Below, in pieces: positions 21,293-31,833 of a stretch of DNA of 64,000 nucleotides. The notes under the pieces were generated by a model. It searched no databases, was not told the DNA's origin, and saw only the letters and a list, made by a program, of their open reading frames with translations. A program made the position numbers and the translations under genes. The stretch comes from an uncultured Verrucomicrobiae bacterium (GTDB taxonomy: Bacteria; Verrucomicrobiota; Verrucomicrobiia; Chthoniobacterales; Terrimicrobiaceae): NCBI GenBank assembly GCA_963706955.1, contig CAVPOC010000010.1:1-64000 (forward strand), written 5' to 3'. Numbering within the stretch: position 1 is the first letter of the stretch; each line of letters begins with the position of its first letter.

Positions 21293-23026
21293 CTAGCCCT
21301 CGAGACTGCGGCTACGCGTGGGAAATAGACCTCCGGGCTTCCACTGGAGGAACAAAATGATCGCCGCCAGCACGGTTATTTTTCCCATGACAGGACCAAG
21401 AACCGGCTGCAGCGCTTGGTCAAATACGCCGATTCCTAAAGCCGAATAGATCGTGCCGACGAGATTTCCGACGCCACCGACGACCACAGTCATGAAGCAA
21501 TCCACGATGTAGCTCTGTCCAAGCCCGGGTCCAACATTGCCGAGTTGAGAAAGGAAGGCCCCGGCGAGTCCGGCGAGTCCGCTCCCTAAGGCAAACGTCA
21601 ACATATTAACTCGCTCAGTTCGGACTCCCATACACGAGGCCATATCGCGGTTCTGCATGACCGCCCGGATGAATAAGCCGAGCGGAGTGCGCGTCAACAG
21701 CAACCAAACGAGCAAGACAATGGCTATGGCGAAGCCAATCACAAAGAGGCGGTTCCAGCCCAAAAGCACGCCGCTGATGGTAAAGTTTCCACTTAGCCAA
21801 CTTGGCGAGTAAACCTGGACGTTATTAGCGCCAAAAATGAGACGGAAGAGCTGTTGTAGCACAAGCGACACGCCCCACGTGGCCAAGAGAGATTCCAGCG
21901 GACGGCTATAAAGAAACCGGATAATCCCGCGCTCGAGCGCAATCCCGACCAAGGCGGCGACGATAAACGATATCGGAATCGCAAAGAGAAAATAACTCTC
22001 GTAAAGCGCGCCCCCAAGGTGCAATCCGGGGATGTTCAAGTTGAGGCCAAAAAAGGGCAGGAAAGCTCCCGCACCGAAAATATTCTGCACCAGGTAAGTT
22101 GTGTAGGCCCCGACGACAATGATCTCACCGTGAGCCATATTAATCACGCCCATCAGACCGAAGGTGATTGCCAAGCCGAGAGCCGCCACCAGGAGGATCG
22201 ACCCTAAGCTTAGACCTCGAAAGAGCGTGCCCCATAACTCCGCCACACGCAAATATCCCTCCATGCTGGCGATCGACTTCTTGGCTACCGCCGCGACCTC
22301 AGGATTGGAATCGCTGGAGAGCTTCTTGACAAAATCCAGGCTCCGAGTCACGCGATTCTTGGAAAGATAATCAATGGCGGCAATTCTTGCGGCCGCATCG
22401 GTTCCCGCCAGCCGTGTGATGGCGATCGCTTGGTGCAACGAGGTGACGACCGTGGGATCCTTCTCCACCGCGAGCCGCCCTTCGAAAATTGGCAAGTAAG
22501 CGGGATTCTGGGTCATGCCTAACTTGGTCACGGCAGCGCGGCGAGCCTGCGGATCGGTCCCCGCGATCGAAAGCACGTCGAGCGCGGCCTTCATGGCCCG
22601 GCGAAGCTTCGTCGTCGTTTCGACGGGCGCCGTCTCAGATGCCTCCATGGCGTTCCCATCATCGATGCGGATCGCTTTGCCGTTCGCTCGCAGAAACGGG
22701 ATCATTTGTCCATCGGTGCCTTTGTGGAGAAAGACCGCACCGTCGCGCCACGCATTCAGCACCTCGGGAACAACATCGGACTCCACCGCCTCGAGCTTGC
22801 CGATCAGCTCAACCTGCTCCTTGACGTTACTGGAGAGAATTGCCTGAACGAGCAAGCTTCTCGCGGTCGCGTCATCCGCCCGGACCACCGGTGTGAGAAG
22901 ACACGCAAGGACCACGCAAAGGCTCGCTACCGCTAAGCGCGGAAGGAAGCCCGACAGTAATCGCTGGCGATCTCCGGAGCCTCGTGGCGAAAATCGGCCT
23001 GACTTATGGCGTTTTGGACGACGCAC
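21293..23026 (-). CDS. urtB: Urea ABC transporter permease with N-terminal periplasmic helical domain (start uncertain)
   Basis: [38 protein letters not shown]. Confidence 0.93.
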   Translation of the reverse strand: MRRPKRHKSGRFSPRGSGDRQRLLSGFLPRLAVASLCVVLACLLTPVVRADDATARSLLVQAILSSNVKEQVELIGKLEAVESDVVPEVLNAWRDGAVFLHKGTDGQMIPFLRANGKAIRIDDGNAMEASETAPVETTTKLRRAMKAALDVLSIAGTDPQARRAAVTKLGMTQNPAYLPIFEGRLAVEKDPTVVTSLHQAIAITRLAGTDAAARIAAIDYLSKNRVTRSLDFVKKLSSDSNPEVAAVAKKSIASMEGYLRVAELWGTLFRGLSLGSILLVAALGLAITFGLMGVINMAHGEIIVVGAYTTYLVQNIFGAGAFLPFFGLNLNIPGLHLGGALYESYFLFAIPISFIVAALVGIALERGIIRFLYSRPLESLLATWGVSLVLQQLFRLIFGANNVQVYSPSWLSGNFTISGVLLGWNRLFVIGFAIAIVLLVWLLLTRTPLGLFIRAVMQNRDMASCMGVRTERVNMLTFALGSGLAGLAGAFLSQLGNVGPGLGQSYIVDCFMTVVVGGVGNLVGTIYSALGIGVFDQALQPVLGPVMGKITVLAAIILFLQWKPGGLFPTRSRSLEG

Positions 23027-24308
23027 CGGCGCTCGACACCTTGGCCTCTTTAAAGGTTCCCTTCAGGAAGGGCTCGCCGGTGACTTTGTCGAAAGAGTCG
23101 ACAACTTTGAACTGGCCGTTCGCCTGAGTCTCGCCAATGTAAACGTTCTTGGTCAGATGATGGTTCTTTTGCGTGGAGACTGTGCCGCCAGGGCCGTCAA
23201 ATGTAATACCCGATTCGAGCGCGGCGACAACCTTAGGAATCTCAAAGGAACCGGCTTTCTCCACTGCCTTCTTCCAGAGATAAACGCCATCATACGAGAG
23301 CACCATGGGACTGCAGGTCACGCGATTCTCCTTCACGATGCCGGGCACATTTGTTTGCTTAAGCCACTTTTTGAAATTCTCGACAAACTTCTTATTATCC
23401 GGAGTGTCCAGCGTCATAAAGTAAGTCCAACAACCGAGCTGACCCACCAGATCCTTGGCCGGCAAACCGCGAAACTCATCCTCGGATATGGAGAACGAAA
23501 CCACGGGACAATCCTCTGCCGTCAGGCCGGCAGCGGCATATTCCTTAAAGAAGGGAACGTTAGTATCTCCGTTAAGAGTATTGATCACACAGGCATCACC
23601 GCTGGCAGCGAATTGTTTGATCTCGCCAACGATCTGCTGGTAATCGGTGTGGCCGAAGGGGGTATACTTACCGGCACTAATGACATTTCCCGCCTCATCT
23701 TTTCTGAGCCCTCCACCAATGTTCTCGATGGGAACGCCTTTGCTTAGAAGGTATTCTAAGAGCACCAGGTTGGTGGTTTGTGGGTAGACATAGTCTGACC
23801 CGAGCAGATAGAATTTCTTTTTGCCCTCGGCGAGGAGATAATCAACGGCAGGAATCGCCTGCTGGTTCACCGCCTCCGCCGTGTAGAAGATGTTTGGCGA
23901 AAGCTCCTCGCCCTCATATTGGACCGCATAAAAAAGCAATCCCTTGTATTTCTCGAAGACGGGAAGGACGGATTTGCGGCTCACCGAAGTCCAGCAGCCA
24001 AAGGTCACAGCAACTTTGTCCTGCTCAAGGAGTTGTTTGGCTTTTTCCGCGAAGAGCGGCCAGTTCGAGGCGCCATCGACAACAATAGGCTCAAGCTTCT
24101 TGCCCAAGATGCCGCCGCTGGCATTGATCTCGTCAATTGCAAAAAGCAACACATCGCGCAAAGAGGTTTCGCTGATAGCCATCGTTCCACTAAGCGAGTG
24201 AAGAATGCCGACTTTGACCGTATCGTCGGCCGCACGCGCAGGCACTAAGGAAACTGCAAGAAGGCTGCACCAAAGCGCAGAGCGGAAGGTTTTGAGAATA
24301 TACTTCAT
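23004..24308 (-). CDS. urtA: Urea ABC transporter substrate-binding protein
   Basis: [39 protein letters not shown]. Confidence 0.96.
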   Translation of the reverse strand: MKYILKTFRSALWCSLLAVSLVPARAADDTVKVGILHSLSGTMAISETSLRDVLLFAIDEINASGGILGKKLEPIVVDGASNWPLFAEKAKQLLEQDKVAVTFGCWTSVSRKSVLPVFEKYKGLLFYAVQYEGEELSPNIFYTAEAVNQQAIPAVDYLLAEGKKKFYLLGSDYVYPQTTNLVLLEYLLSKGVPIENIGGGLRKDEAGNVISAGKYTPFGHTDYQQIVGEIKQFAASGDACVINTLNGDTNVPFFKEYAAAGLTAEDCPVVSFSISEDEFRGLPAKDLVGQLGCWTYFMTLDTPDNKKFVENFKKWLKQTNVPGIVKENRVTCSPMVLSYDGVYLWKKAVEKAGSFEIPKVVAALESGITFDGPGGTVSTQKNHHLTKNVYIGETQANGQFKVVDSFDKVTGEPFLKGTFKEAKVSSAGASSKTP

Positions 24309-24404
24309 AAGCTGCTCGTTTTGATCCTGATTGTTCTTCGGAATGTTACTTTTTGCTCGTTGTCGTCCCTGCGCCTAAAGCGACAAAGACCCGGATGCAG
24401 TCAA

Positions 24405-24421
24405 AGCAGAAAACATGCCAT
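24405..24421 (-). promoter_or_regulatory. Sigma-54 promoter for the urt-ure operon
   Basis: ATGGCATGTTTTCTGCT, GG-N10-GC, about 100 nt upstream of urtA; shares TGGCATG and TGCT with the amtB promoter. Confidence 0.72.
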
Positions 24422-24482
24422 GATCACAAGCTAGGACCCGAAAGAGCCCGGAGCAGGAATTATTAGAGCAGTTGACAAGTGA

Positions 24483-24541
24483 TGTAGCGACCGTGTCCCC
24501 ACGGTCGGGGCCGATCGGAGGCGGGGACGCCGCCCGCTACA
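24483..24541. repeat. REP doublet, family A
   Basis: TGTAG-CGACCGTG-TCCC-CACGGTCG, plus inverted TGTAG-CGGGCGGCG-TCCC-CGCCTCCG. Confidence 0.82.
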
Positions 24542-24549
24542 ACTAGCAC

Positions 24550-24933
24550 TCAGTGACAGTCGCAGCCGGCCAACCCACAATCGCCTTCGCCCTGATCGAG
24601 GCGAACGATCTCGAACGTTACCTGCTGGAGGGCCAGTTGCTCCCGAACACGGCTAATAAACTCAAGGGCTTTGGCATCGGGCTCGTGCAGGGTGCGCAAT
24701 TGGATCTCCACCAATTTGCCGGCAGAGTTCGGAAAGTTCTCCTGGAGTTCTCCATCGAGAATAAAGGAGACATAGGCATTCAGCTTCTCTTGCAACTGGA
24801 AGAGCTGGAACTCCTCCCCTGTCCAAGGACGCACCTCGTACATGGCAAGCACAAGCTTATCGGCGCGAGTGTCGTATGCCAGCGCATCGAGAACACCCGG
24901 ATGTTCCAAACCGTTCAGTTGTGAGGGAACCAT
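24550..24933 (-). CDS. DUF6572-like protein with Cys-rich tail
   Basis: QLQEKLNAYVSFILDGE motif (family recalled from memory); ends DCGLAGCDCH. Confidence 0.6.
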   Translation of the reverse strand: MVPSQLNGLEHPGVLDALAYDTRADKLVLAMYEVRPWTGEEFQLFQLQEKLNAYVSFILDGELQENFPNSAGKLVEIQLRTLHEPDAKALEFISRVREQLALQQVTFEIVRLDQGEGDCGLAGCDCH

Positions 24934-25346
24934 TGATAGAGGAAGAAATAGACGAGGACCCCGGTGACAGAAACATAGTACCAAAGCGGAAACGTCCAAC
25001 GCGCCCATTTTCTATGCACATCGATGCGCCCGACCAACGCATAACGCAGCGTCGCCAGCACGAGTGGAACGATAACGATGGCCAGGATGATGTGAGAGAT
25101 CAACATCGTATAGTAGATCGTGCGGATGGTCCCTTCACCGCCGAAGGGCGTGTGGACCCCACGCATCAAAATTTTGTGAAGAACGTAGGTGACGAGAAAA
25201 ACACAGGAGACCACAAACGCCGAGACCATGCAGAGTCGATGGCTGGATACCTGACGCTGTTTGATGAAGACGAATCCCGCCGTCAGCAGAATTGTCGCCA
25301 GGCCGTTGAGAGAAGCATTCAGCGCGGGAAGATCGCCGACGCTCAT
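24915..25346 (-). CDS. DUF420 (YozB/CtaM-like) membrane protein
   Basis: LPALNASLN, HRLCM, LISHIILA, HRKWARWTFPLWYYVSVTG. Confidence 0.9.
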   Translation of the reverse strand: MSVGDLPALNASLNGLATILLTAGFVFIKQRQVSSHRLCMVSAFVVSCVFLVTYVLHKILMRGVHTPFGGEGTIRTIYYTMLISHIILAIVIVPLVLATLRYALVGRIDVHRKWARWTFPLWYYVSVTGVLVYFFLYQWFPHN

Positions 25347-25609
25347 CCGTCTGAGATTCGCCGGGCAGCTTCCCGATCCAGTCGCCGACAGGTCCGCCAG
25401 ATGTAGAGGGACATTCCTGCGACGATCACCAGCACGAAGAAGAGCATGAAAAGCACGCTCCACGAAAAGGCCCAACCGGCGAGCACAGTCGGCGATTCCT
25501 TCGCCAGCGTCTCAGCACCCGGTTCCCGGCAACCGACGCAGGCCAGACCGCCCTCGGCCGCCAGATGCAACGCCGTCAACACAAGGACTGGCAACGTCCA
25601 AATTCTCAT
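25343..25609 (-). CDS. Small exported CxxC plus TM protein
   Basis: Signal peptide ending GLA, then CVGC and one TM helix; ATGA-coupled to the DUF420 gene. Confidence 0.7.
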   Translation of the reverse strand: MRIWTLPVLVLTALHLAAEGGLACVGCREPGAETLAKESPTVLAGWAFSWSVLFMLFFVLVIVAGMSLYIWRTCRRLDREAARRISDG

Positions 25610-25620
25610 CCGCTCAAACC

Positions 25621-26259
25621 TCAGTTCTTTCCCACACTAGGAGATTCACGCAGGAGGTCGCCGATGTCCATGAGAAGCTTTTGCGGCAACTCCGGATCGC
25701 TGCCATCAAGAAAATTGCGCATCCAGCCTTCGCGGTCGACGAGCACAAAACGCGTTGAATGGATGGGCGTGCCGGAAGGTTCTCTGGCCAGCGCCTGGAG
25801 AAAGCCTTTCATGACGACGGTTTCGACTTGCTCCTTTGTCCCGGTCAGGAATTTCCAGCGGTCGGGCGAAGCTCCTGCCTGTTCGCCATATTGCCTGAGC
25901 ACTTCGGGCGTATCATACTCCGGGTCGACAGTTATGGAGACGAGTTCGACATCCGTGGCTTTGTTTCCAAGGGCTTGATTCACTTCCGCCATGCGGCTGG
26001 TCATCATCGGGCAAGGGCCTGCACACCGGGTAAAGATGAAGTTCGCGACCCAGATCTTTCCTTTAAAATCTCCCGTCGACACCGTCTTCCCATCCTGAGC
26101 CGTGAAGGTGAACTGCGGAGCCGGAGCGAGGCGCTCCAGGCGGGACGCGACCTGACGGGCTCGAATCTCTGCGCTAAACTGCAGGTACGCCCACGCGATC
26201 AGCGTCGTCAGGCAAAGAAAGGCGATCGCCCAGCCGAGACGCGGTATACGCGGTGGCAA
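25621..26259 (-). CDS. sco: SCO1/SenC copper chaperone (probable TTG start)
   Basis: FTRCAGPCP (CxxxC), SITVDPEYD, IHSTRFVLVD. Confidence 0.92.
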   Translation of the reverse strand: MPPRIPRLGWAIAFLCLTTLIAWAYLQFSAEIRARQVASRLERLAPAPQFTFTAQDGKTVSTGDFKGKIWVANFIFTRCAGPCPMMTSRMAEVNQALGNKATDVELVSITVDPEYDTPEVLRQYGEQAGASPDRWKFLTGTKEQVETVVMKGFLQALAREPSGTPIHSTRFVLVDREGWMRNFLDGSDPELPQKLLMDIGDLLRESPSVGKN

Positions 26260-26281
26260 TTGCCCCTGTTCCGTCTGCGAC

Positions 26282-26911
26282 TTAGATGACGTAGAGGATG
26301 GTGAAGAGGAAGATCCAGACGACATCGACAAAGTGCCAATAGAGACCGACATTATCGAGCGAGGTGGTGCGCCCAGGTCGGTAATAGCGAGTGAAAAGCT
26401 GGCGAAGAAAGCACCACGAGATAAGCATGACGCCGATAAATACGTGCGCGCCGTGAAAACCAGTCATCACAAAGAAGCAGGAACCGTAAATGCCATGCTT
26501 GTCGAACCAAAGCCCTTCATGATGGAGGTGGTTCCATTCCCACGCTTGCACCGATAAGAAGATCGAACCCGCCACGATGGTCGCGAAAAGCCAGACGAGA
26601 CCCGACTTTCCCTTCTTCTTGATCGCAGATTCCGCGCCATGGAACAGGAAGCTACTGCCGAGAAGAACGATCGTATTGCCGATCATGACCAGATTTAAAC
26701 TGGACAATGGCCATTGAACTCCGATATCCGGAGCGCCCGCTGGCGGCCATGGCTCGCCCCGCGCTAACCGAAGAACAATGTAGGCGCCAATCAAGCCTCC
26801 GAACAACATCGCCTCCGAAGCGAGAAAAGTGATCATGCCGAAGCGGCAGACCTCCGGTGGAGCTTTGGCATGTCCGGCATGCTCGCCGTGAGTCAAGACG
26901 GCGGTACTCAT
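26282..26911 (-). CDS. ctaE: Cytochrome c oxidase subunit III
   Basis: FLASEAMLF, TGFHGAHV, YWHFVDVVWIFLF. Confidence 0.95.
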   Translation of the reverse strand: MSTAVLTHGEHAGHAKAPPEVCRFGMITFLASEAMLFGGLIGAYIVLRLARGEPWPPAGAPDIGVQWPLSSLNLVMIGNTIVLLGSSFLFHGAESAIKKKGKSGLVWLFATIVAGSIFLSVQAWEWNHLHHEGLWFDKHGIYGSCFFVMTGFHGAHVFIGVMLISWCFLRQLFTRYYRPGRTTSLDNVGLYWHFVDVVWIFLFTILYVI

Positions 26912-27006
26912 AGTGGCAGGGATGATACCACGAAACTTGATGAATTCGAATTTCTCATGTTGCCTCGATAAAACGTTCCCATCTCACTCGATCCCCTCCA
27001 TCGTCC

Positions 27007-27120
27007 TCAAGGGGTAACGGCCGGGCCACGCAGAAGCATCAAAACAACGACTGTGGCACAAAGAGCAATGGCAAAAATCCAGAGCATCAGCATGAGACGT
27101 AGGTTGCGCTTGTTGCTCAT
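27007..27120 (-). CDS. 37-aa single-TM peptide
   Basis: MSNKRNLRLMLMLWIFAIALCATVVVLMLLRGPAVTP; its ATG immediately follows the ctaB stop. Below the ORF-track cutoff. Confidence 0.6.
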   Translation of the reverse strand: MSNKRNLRLMLMLWIFAIALCATVVVLMLLRGPAVTP

Positions 27121-28008
27121 TCATCGGCGCGCGGCTACCAGCAACCCGAGAAGCAAAGGCAGATAAAGAATCGACCCCAGAAACAATGTTTTCGCCGATC
27201 CGCGATCACGACGAAGGAGAAAACGCGCGGCCAGCCCGCAAAAAGCGATTCCGAGGGCCAACGCGCCGAAAAAGTACCAGGCGTGAACGTAGAAAAATAG
27301 CGCCGGTGTAAGGCTGGCAATGAGCATGCAGCCGGAATAAAGAAACGCTTGCCGCGCGGTCACGAAACCTTCCGGATCATAGTTCGAGAGCATGACAAAA
27401 CCTGCTCGCGCATAGTCTTCGCGATACATCCATGCGATCGCCAGAAAGTGCGGCATCTGCCAGAACCAGAGAATCGCAAAGAGCAAGCCGCCCTCGAGCG
27501 TATAGTGCCCAACAGCCGCCACCCAGCCAATGAGCGGTGGCAGCGCTCCCGGAATCGCGCCGACCAGGGTGTTCAGGGAACTGATCCGCTTCATCGGCGT
27601 GTAAACGAGCAGGTAGATCGCGATCGTGATCAACGCCAGGAAGGCGGCGCGAATATTCGTGAAGAGGAAGAGCACCGCCAAACCCGAAACGGAGAAAAGC
27701 AGGCCGAAAAGCAGCGCATCACTTGGATGCATCCGTTTCGCGGGCAGAGGACGCTGCTGTGTGCGCTTCATGCGCGCATCGAGGTCCCGTTCCCACCATT
27801 GGTTGAGCGCGGCTGCGCCACCGGCACACAGCGCCGTGCCAACCAACGTCGCAGCCAGGACCAGATAGTTCATTGGTCCCTGCCAGCCCATCAAGAATCC
27901 AACCAGCGTGGTCAGAAGGACAAGAAACGAGAGTCGCGCTTTGACAAGTTCGGCAAGGTCACTGACCAAGGCGTCCCAACGCGCGATGCTGAAGGTTGCT
28001 GTCTTCAT
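27121..28008 (-). CDS. ctaB: Heme O synthase (protoheme IX farnesyltransferase)
   Basis: LNQWWERDLDARMKRTQQRPLP, YTPMKR, WQMPHF. Confidence 0.96.
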   Translation of the reverse strand: MKTATFSIARWDALVSDLAELVKARLSFLVLLTTLVGFLMGWQGPMNYLVLAATLVGTALCAGGAAALNQWWERDLDARMKRTQQRPLPAKRMHPSDALLFGLLFSVSGLAVLFLFTNIRAAFLALITIAIYLLVYTPMKRISSLNTLVGAIPGALPPLIGWVAAVGHYTLEGGLLFAILWFWQMPHFLAIAWMYREDYARAGFVMLSNYDPEGFVTARQAFLYSGCMLIASLTPALFFYVHAWYFFGALALGIAFCGLAARFLLRRDRGSAKTLFLGSILYLPLLLGLLVAARR

Positions 28009-29036
28009 GCGACGCGCTCAATCAAACCTCGATTTAGGCCATCTGGCAAAACGAAATCCCGAATTCGTGCGCCGCAGAAAAGCCGAAAGGCCAATACGGT
28101 ACCGACCAACAGAGAAAGCGCTCCAAGCGCCATATGGGCGGTGGCTACGTCTGCCGCCTTGGCTGACCAAATTGTCCAAGCGCCCAGTCCGATCTGAAGC
28201 AGAATCATGGCGATCCAAAGCCACGACCACCCCCGGATGACCCGGGCGCTCCGTCGGGCTTTCCAGGCAAAGAAACCCACCGCCACGGCGATGAACAAAG
28301 CCAATAGGCGGTGCGCCATCTGGACCCAGATTTGCACGGCATTCGTCTTCATCTCGCTGTCCGCGACGCGTTGCGCATTGATTCGTTCGATGGCCTCGGT
28401 GCTGGTATCTGGAAGCCAATCTCCGTAGGCGAGCGGAAAATCGGGAATGGAGAGACCAATGTGTTCATGCCGCATGGTGGCGCCAATTCCCAATTGCACG
28501 AAGATGAGAGCTGTCACCGCCAAGGCCCACCACCGCAAGGTGGGATGAGGTTCGTAGTCCGCCCAACGCTTCTCCGCGAACGACCGGCTCGTCACAATCG
28601 CGAGAATCGAGATCGCCACGAAGAATGATTGCGCGAGCAACGCATGAAAGACTCCGATCTCATCCTTGATCAAAACGACGCGCAGACCACCAAGGACCCC
28701 TTGGAGACAAACGGCAATGAGGGCTGCCACAGCGAAAACCTTGACCCAGCGGCGCGGTTCGACCAGCCAAAGCGCAACCGACAAGACCACCGTCATCAGG
28801 CCAATCCCGGACGCGATCAGACGGTGTGTGTGCTCGTAAAAGATGCCGCCGACCCATCGCGAGATCGGAAAAAGGAACATGTTATACCCAAAACTATTCG
28901 GCCAATCCGGCACCGCCATTCCGGCGCCGTGTGAAGTTACGAGCCCACCGGTGCAGAGGAGCACAAAAGTGAGAACGGCCGTCAGGACCGCCCACCAGTG
29001 TACCGCGACGCGCGAAGCGGACCAGGCACTACTCAT
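28005..29036 (-). CDS. ctaA: Heme A synthase (COX15/CtaA)
   Basis: GMAVPDWP, YEHTHR, QMAHR, ATAH His motifs. Confidence 0.92.
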   Translation of the reverse strand: MSSAWSASRVAVHWWAVLTAVLTFVLLCTGGLVTSHGAGMAVPDWPNSFGYNMFLFPISRWVGGIFYEHTHRLIASGIGLMTVVLSVALWLVEPRRWVKVFAVAALIAVCLQGVLGGLRVVLIKDEIGVFHALLAQSFFVAISILAIVTSRSFAEKRWADYEPHPTLRWWALAVTALIFVQLGIGATMRHEHIGLSIPDFPLAYGDWLPDTSTEAIERINAQRVADSEMKTNAVQIWVQMAHRLLALFIAVAVGFFAWKARRSARVIRGWSWLWIAMILLQIGLGAWTIWSAKAADVATAHMALGALSLLVGTVLAFRLFCGARIRDFVLPDGLNRGLIERVA

Positions 29037-29040
29037 CGCG

Positions 29041-30807
29041 TCAATGCGCCTCAAGCTTCACGTGCTGGGGAGCTTTCTCCGTTTGCGGTAGATAATCCTT
29101 GCTCAAACCGGGCACGCTATACTCATAAGGTCCGTGATAGACGGTCGGTGTCACCGGGAAGTTTCCATGTCCGGGAGGCGACGGCACGGTCCATTCGAGG
29201 GTATTGGAATGCCAGGGATTTGCCGGCGCTTTACGCCCCCTCCGCAGACTGATAATGACATTCCAGACGAAGAGAAATGTCGTGAAGCCCAGACCGATCG
29301 CGCCGATCGTAGAAATTTGATTTAACGGCTGGAGTTGCTTCAGGTGCTCGTAGATGGGCGGATCTGAAATGCGGCGCATCATCCCGCCCAATCCCAGGTT
29401 GTGCATCGGGAAAAAGGCGACATTAAAGAAGATGAAGGTGAGGACAAAATGCACCTTGCCCAGCCTCTCGTCGAGCATTCGTCCAAACATCTTCGGAAAC
29501 CAGCAGTAGAGCGCACCGAAGAGCGCCATGATGCTTCCGCCAAAGAGCACATAATGAATATGTGCGACGATGAAGTAGGTGTGGTGAATGAAAAGGTCCA
29601 CGGGAGTTGAGGCCATGAAGATGCCGCTCAAACCGCCGATGACGAACATTGAAACGAAGGCCAGGGCAAAACACATCGCCGTCGTGAACTCAATCGACCC
29701 ACGCCAGACCGTCCCCAGCCAGTTAAAGGTTTTTATGGCCGAGGGCACCGCAATGAACATCGTCGACACTGAGAACGCGGCGCTCAGGGTCAGATTCATT
29801 CCACTGACAAACATGTGGTGACCCCAAACGATGAAGCCGAGGAACGCGATCGCGATGATGGCGTAGACCATTGCCTTATAGCCGAAGATCGGCTTCCTCG
29901 AGAAAATCGCGATGATGTCCGAAGTCAAACCCATGGCGGGCAAAATGAGAATGTAGACCTCCGGATGCCCAAAAAACCAAAAGAGGTGCTGCCAAAGGAG
30001 AGGCTGACCGCCGCCGGCGGGTCTGAAGAAGCTGGTGCCAGCGTTGAGGTCGCAAAACAGCATCGCCGCAGCCGCTGAGAGCACCGGCACGGCGAGGAGC
30101 AGCAGAATTGCCGTGATGAAGAGCGCCCATACCGTTAGTGGCATTCGAAACATGGTCATGCCCGGAGCACGCATATTCACCACCGTGGTGATGTAATTTG
30201 TTGCCCCGGCGATGGAGGAGAGACCGTTCACAAAAATAGCCACGCCCCAAAGACTCTGTCCCATTTGGGTGCCGTTGTAAGCGCCGACCGCGCTGAGCGG
30301 CGCGTAGGCAGTCCAGCCGGTCCCCGGGGCGCCTCCCGGGACGAAGAACGCGCCCAGCAGAAATACCCCCGAGGTAAAATAGAGCCAGTAGCTGATCTCG
30401 TTGAGCAGGGGAAAGGCCATGTCCCCTGCCCCGATTTGCAGTGGAATAAGATAATTGCCGAAGGTTCCGATCAGGAACGGCATGACGACAAAGAAAACCA
30501 TGACCGTCGCGTGCATGGTCACGAGCATGTTGTAGCCACCGGGGATGATGGCGCCGTCGGCCGCCACCGTTGCCGGCAGCAGATGGCCGATCACCGGCAC
30601 CGGTGTATTGGGCCAGGCGAGTTGGTAACGAACAAGCAGAGCAAGACCCCCGCCGAGAAACAAAAAGAGAAGGGCCGTCCAGAAATATTGAAGACCGATC
30701 ATCTTATGATCGTAGGTCCAGATATATTTTCGGAAGAACGATTCCTTCGGATGATGGGCATCCGTGATCGGCTCCTGAGGAGGTTGCTCGGCAATAATCG
30801 CGCTCAT
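29041..30807 (-). CDS. ctaD: Cytochrome c oxidase subunit I, A1-type
   Basis: All six His present (MHAT, GHPEVY, WGHHMF, AHIHY); D-channel DHKMIG. Confidence 0.98.
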   Translation of the reverse strand: MSAIIAEQPPQEPITDAHHPKESFFRKYIWTYDHKMIGLQYFWTALLFLFLGGGLALLVRYQLAWPNTPVPVIGHLLPATVAADGAIIPGGYNMLVTMHATVMVFFVVMPFLIGTFGNYLIPLQIGAGDMAFPLLNEISYWLYFTSGVFLLGAFFVPGGAPGTGWTAYAPLSAVGAYNGTQMGQSLWGVAIFVNGLSSIAGATNYITTVVNMRAPGMTMFRMPLTVWALFITAILLLLAVPVLSAAAAMLFCDLNAGTSFFRPAGGGQPLLWQHLFWFFGHPEVYILILPAMGLTSDIIAIFSRKPIFGYKAMVYAIIAIAFLGFIVWGHHMFVSGMNLTLSAAFSVSTMFIAVPSAIKTFNWLGTVWRGSIEFTTAMCFALAFVSMFVIGGLSGIFMASTPVDLFIHHTYFIVAHIHYVLFGGSIMALFGALYCWFPKMFGRMLDERLGKVHFVLTFIFFNVAFFPMHNLGLGGMMRRISDPPIYEHLKQLQPLNQISTIGAIGLGFTTFLFVWNVIISLRRGRKAPANPWHSNTLEWTVPSPPGHGNFPVTPTVYHGPYEYSVPGLSKDYLPQTEKAPQHVKLEAH

Positions 30808-30895
30808 TTCACTTTCGATTTGAAAGCCATTTTTACACCAATAACACAAGAACTGCTCGCGCGCGCGGGGGTTTCGGTGGATTTCATCTTACTCT

Positions 30896-31831
30896 TCATT
30901 TGGCGGCAACTTCAGGCGACGAAGTTCCTTCCTGCGCCTTGGCCGTGGCGGCAGCTTGGACTTTTCCGGCATACCACTTGTCGTACTCCTCCTGAGAAAC
31001 GACGCGAATGGGAGCCTTCATATTGTAGTGACCGGTCCCACAAAGCTGACTGCAGGCAAGCTCGAAGTTGCCCGGGCGTTCAACCTTAAACCAAACCCAC
31101 GAGATTGTGCGGCCTGGAAGGGCGTCCTGGTAGAGCCGAAAAAATGGCACGTAAAAGGAGTGAATGACGTCGCGCGAGTTGAGAACGATGTTGATCGGCT
31201 TGCCAAATGGTATGACCAGTTCGGTCGAAGTGAAGTCGTCCTTGCCGGCTGGGTCGGCCTGCGCCACTCCAAACTTGTTCTCGTTGGAAATCTCGTCGAT
31301 CGCGACGGCGCCGAGCTTTCCGTCTGCACCCGGGTAGCGAAAGTCCCAGCCGAATTGAAAGGCGGAAACATTGACTTGGAGAGCGTCGGGCGGCGGATCG
31401 CTGTGCAGTTCAGCCCAGAGGCGATTGCTATAGATGGCCAGACCAAGGAAGATCAGGACCGGAATCGACGTCCAGACTATTTCAAGCACATTGTTGCCGT
31501 GACAATAGTAGGCGCGATGACCCGGGCGCCGGCGGTATTTCACCAAATAGACGATGAAAACCGCCTGGACCGCAATGAAGACCACCAACGTGAGCCAAAA
31601 AATGAAGTGTAGGATCGCATCGATTTGCGCACCGCCCGTCGTGAAATTCGGCGGGGTCCAATAGAGATTATCCGTGCGCGGCTCGGCCAAAGCGCTCGAA
31701 AAGCTGACCAGAACGCCCAGCAAGAAGTAAACCAATCCGCGACAAGCCGATCGTGCCCGAGCAAACCTCAGCCTTTCCTGCGCGGCTTGCCGTCCCATTT
31801 CCTCGACGAGTAGTCGATCTTTGACCTTCAT
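30896..31831 (-). CDS. ctaC: Cytochrome c oxidase subunit II (CuA, no fused cytochrome c)
   Basis: LEIVWT, DVIHSF, CSQLCGTGHYNM; no CxxCH. Confidence 0.95.
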   Translation of the reverse strand: MKVKDRLLVEEMGRQAAQERLRFARARSACRGLVYFLLGVLVSFSSALAEPRTDNLYWTPPNFTTGGAQIDAILHFIFWLTLVVFIAVQAVFIVYLVKYRRRPGHRAYYCHGNNVLEIVWTSIPVLIFLGLAIYSNRLWAELHSDPPPDALQVNVSAFQFGWDFRYPGADGKLGAVAIDEISNENKFGVAQADPAGKDDFTSTELVIPFGKPINIVLNSRDVIHSFYVPFFRLYQDALPGRTISWVWFKVERPGNFELACSQLCGTGHYNMKAPIRVVSQEEYDKWYAGKVQAAATAKAQEGTSSPEVAAK

Positions 31832-31833
31832 GA

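Noticed and set aside
22250..23026. N-terminal extension of UrtB as a novelty
   Set aside because: Periplasmic helical extensions are common in UrtB.
31015..31060. CSQLC instead of CxExC in the CuA site
   Set aside because: That residue ligates through its backbone carbonyl, and Gln variants are known.
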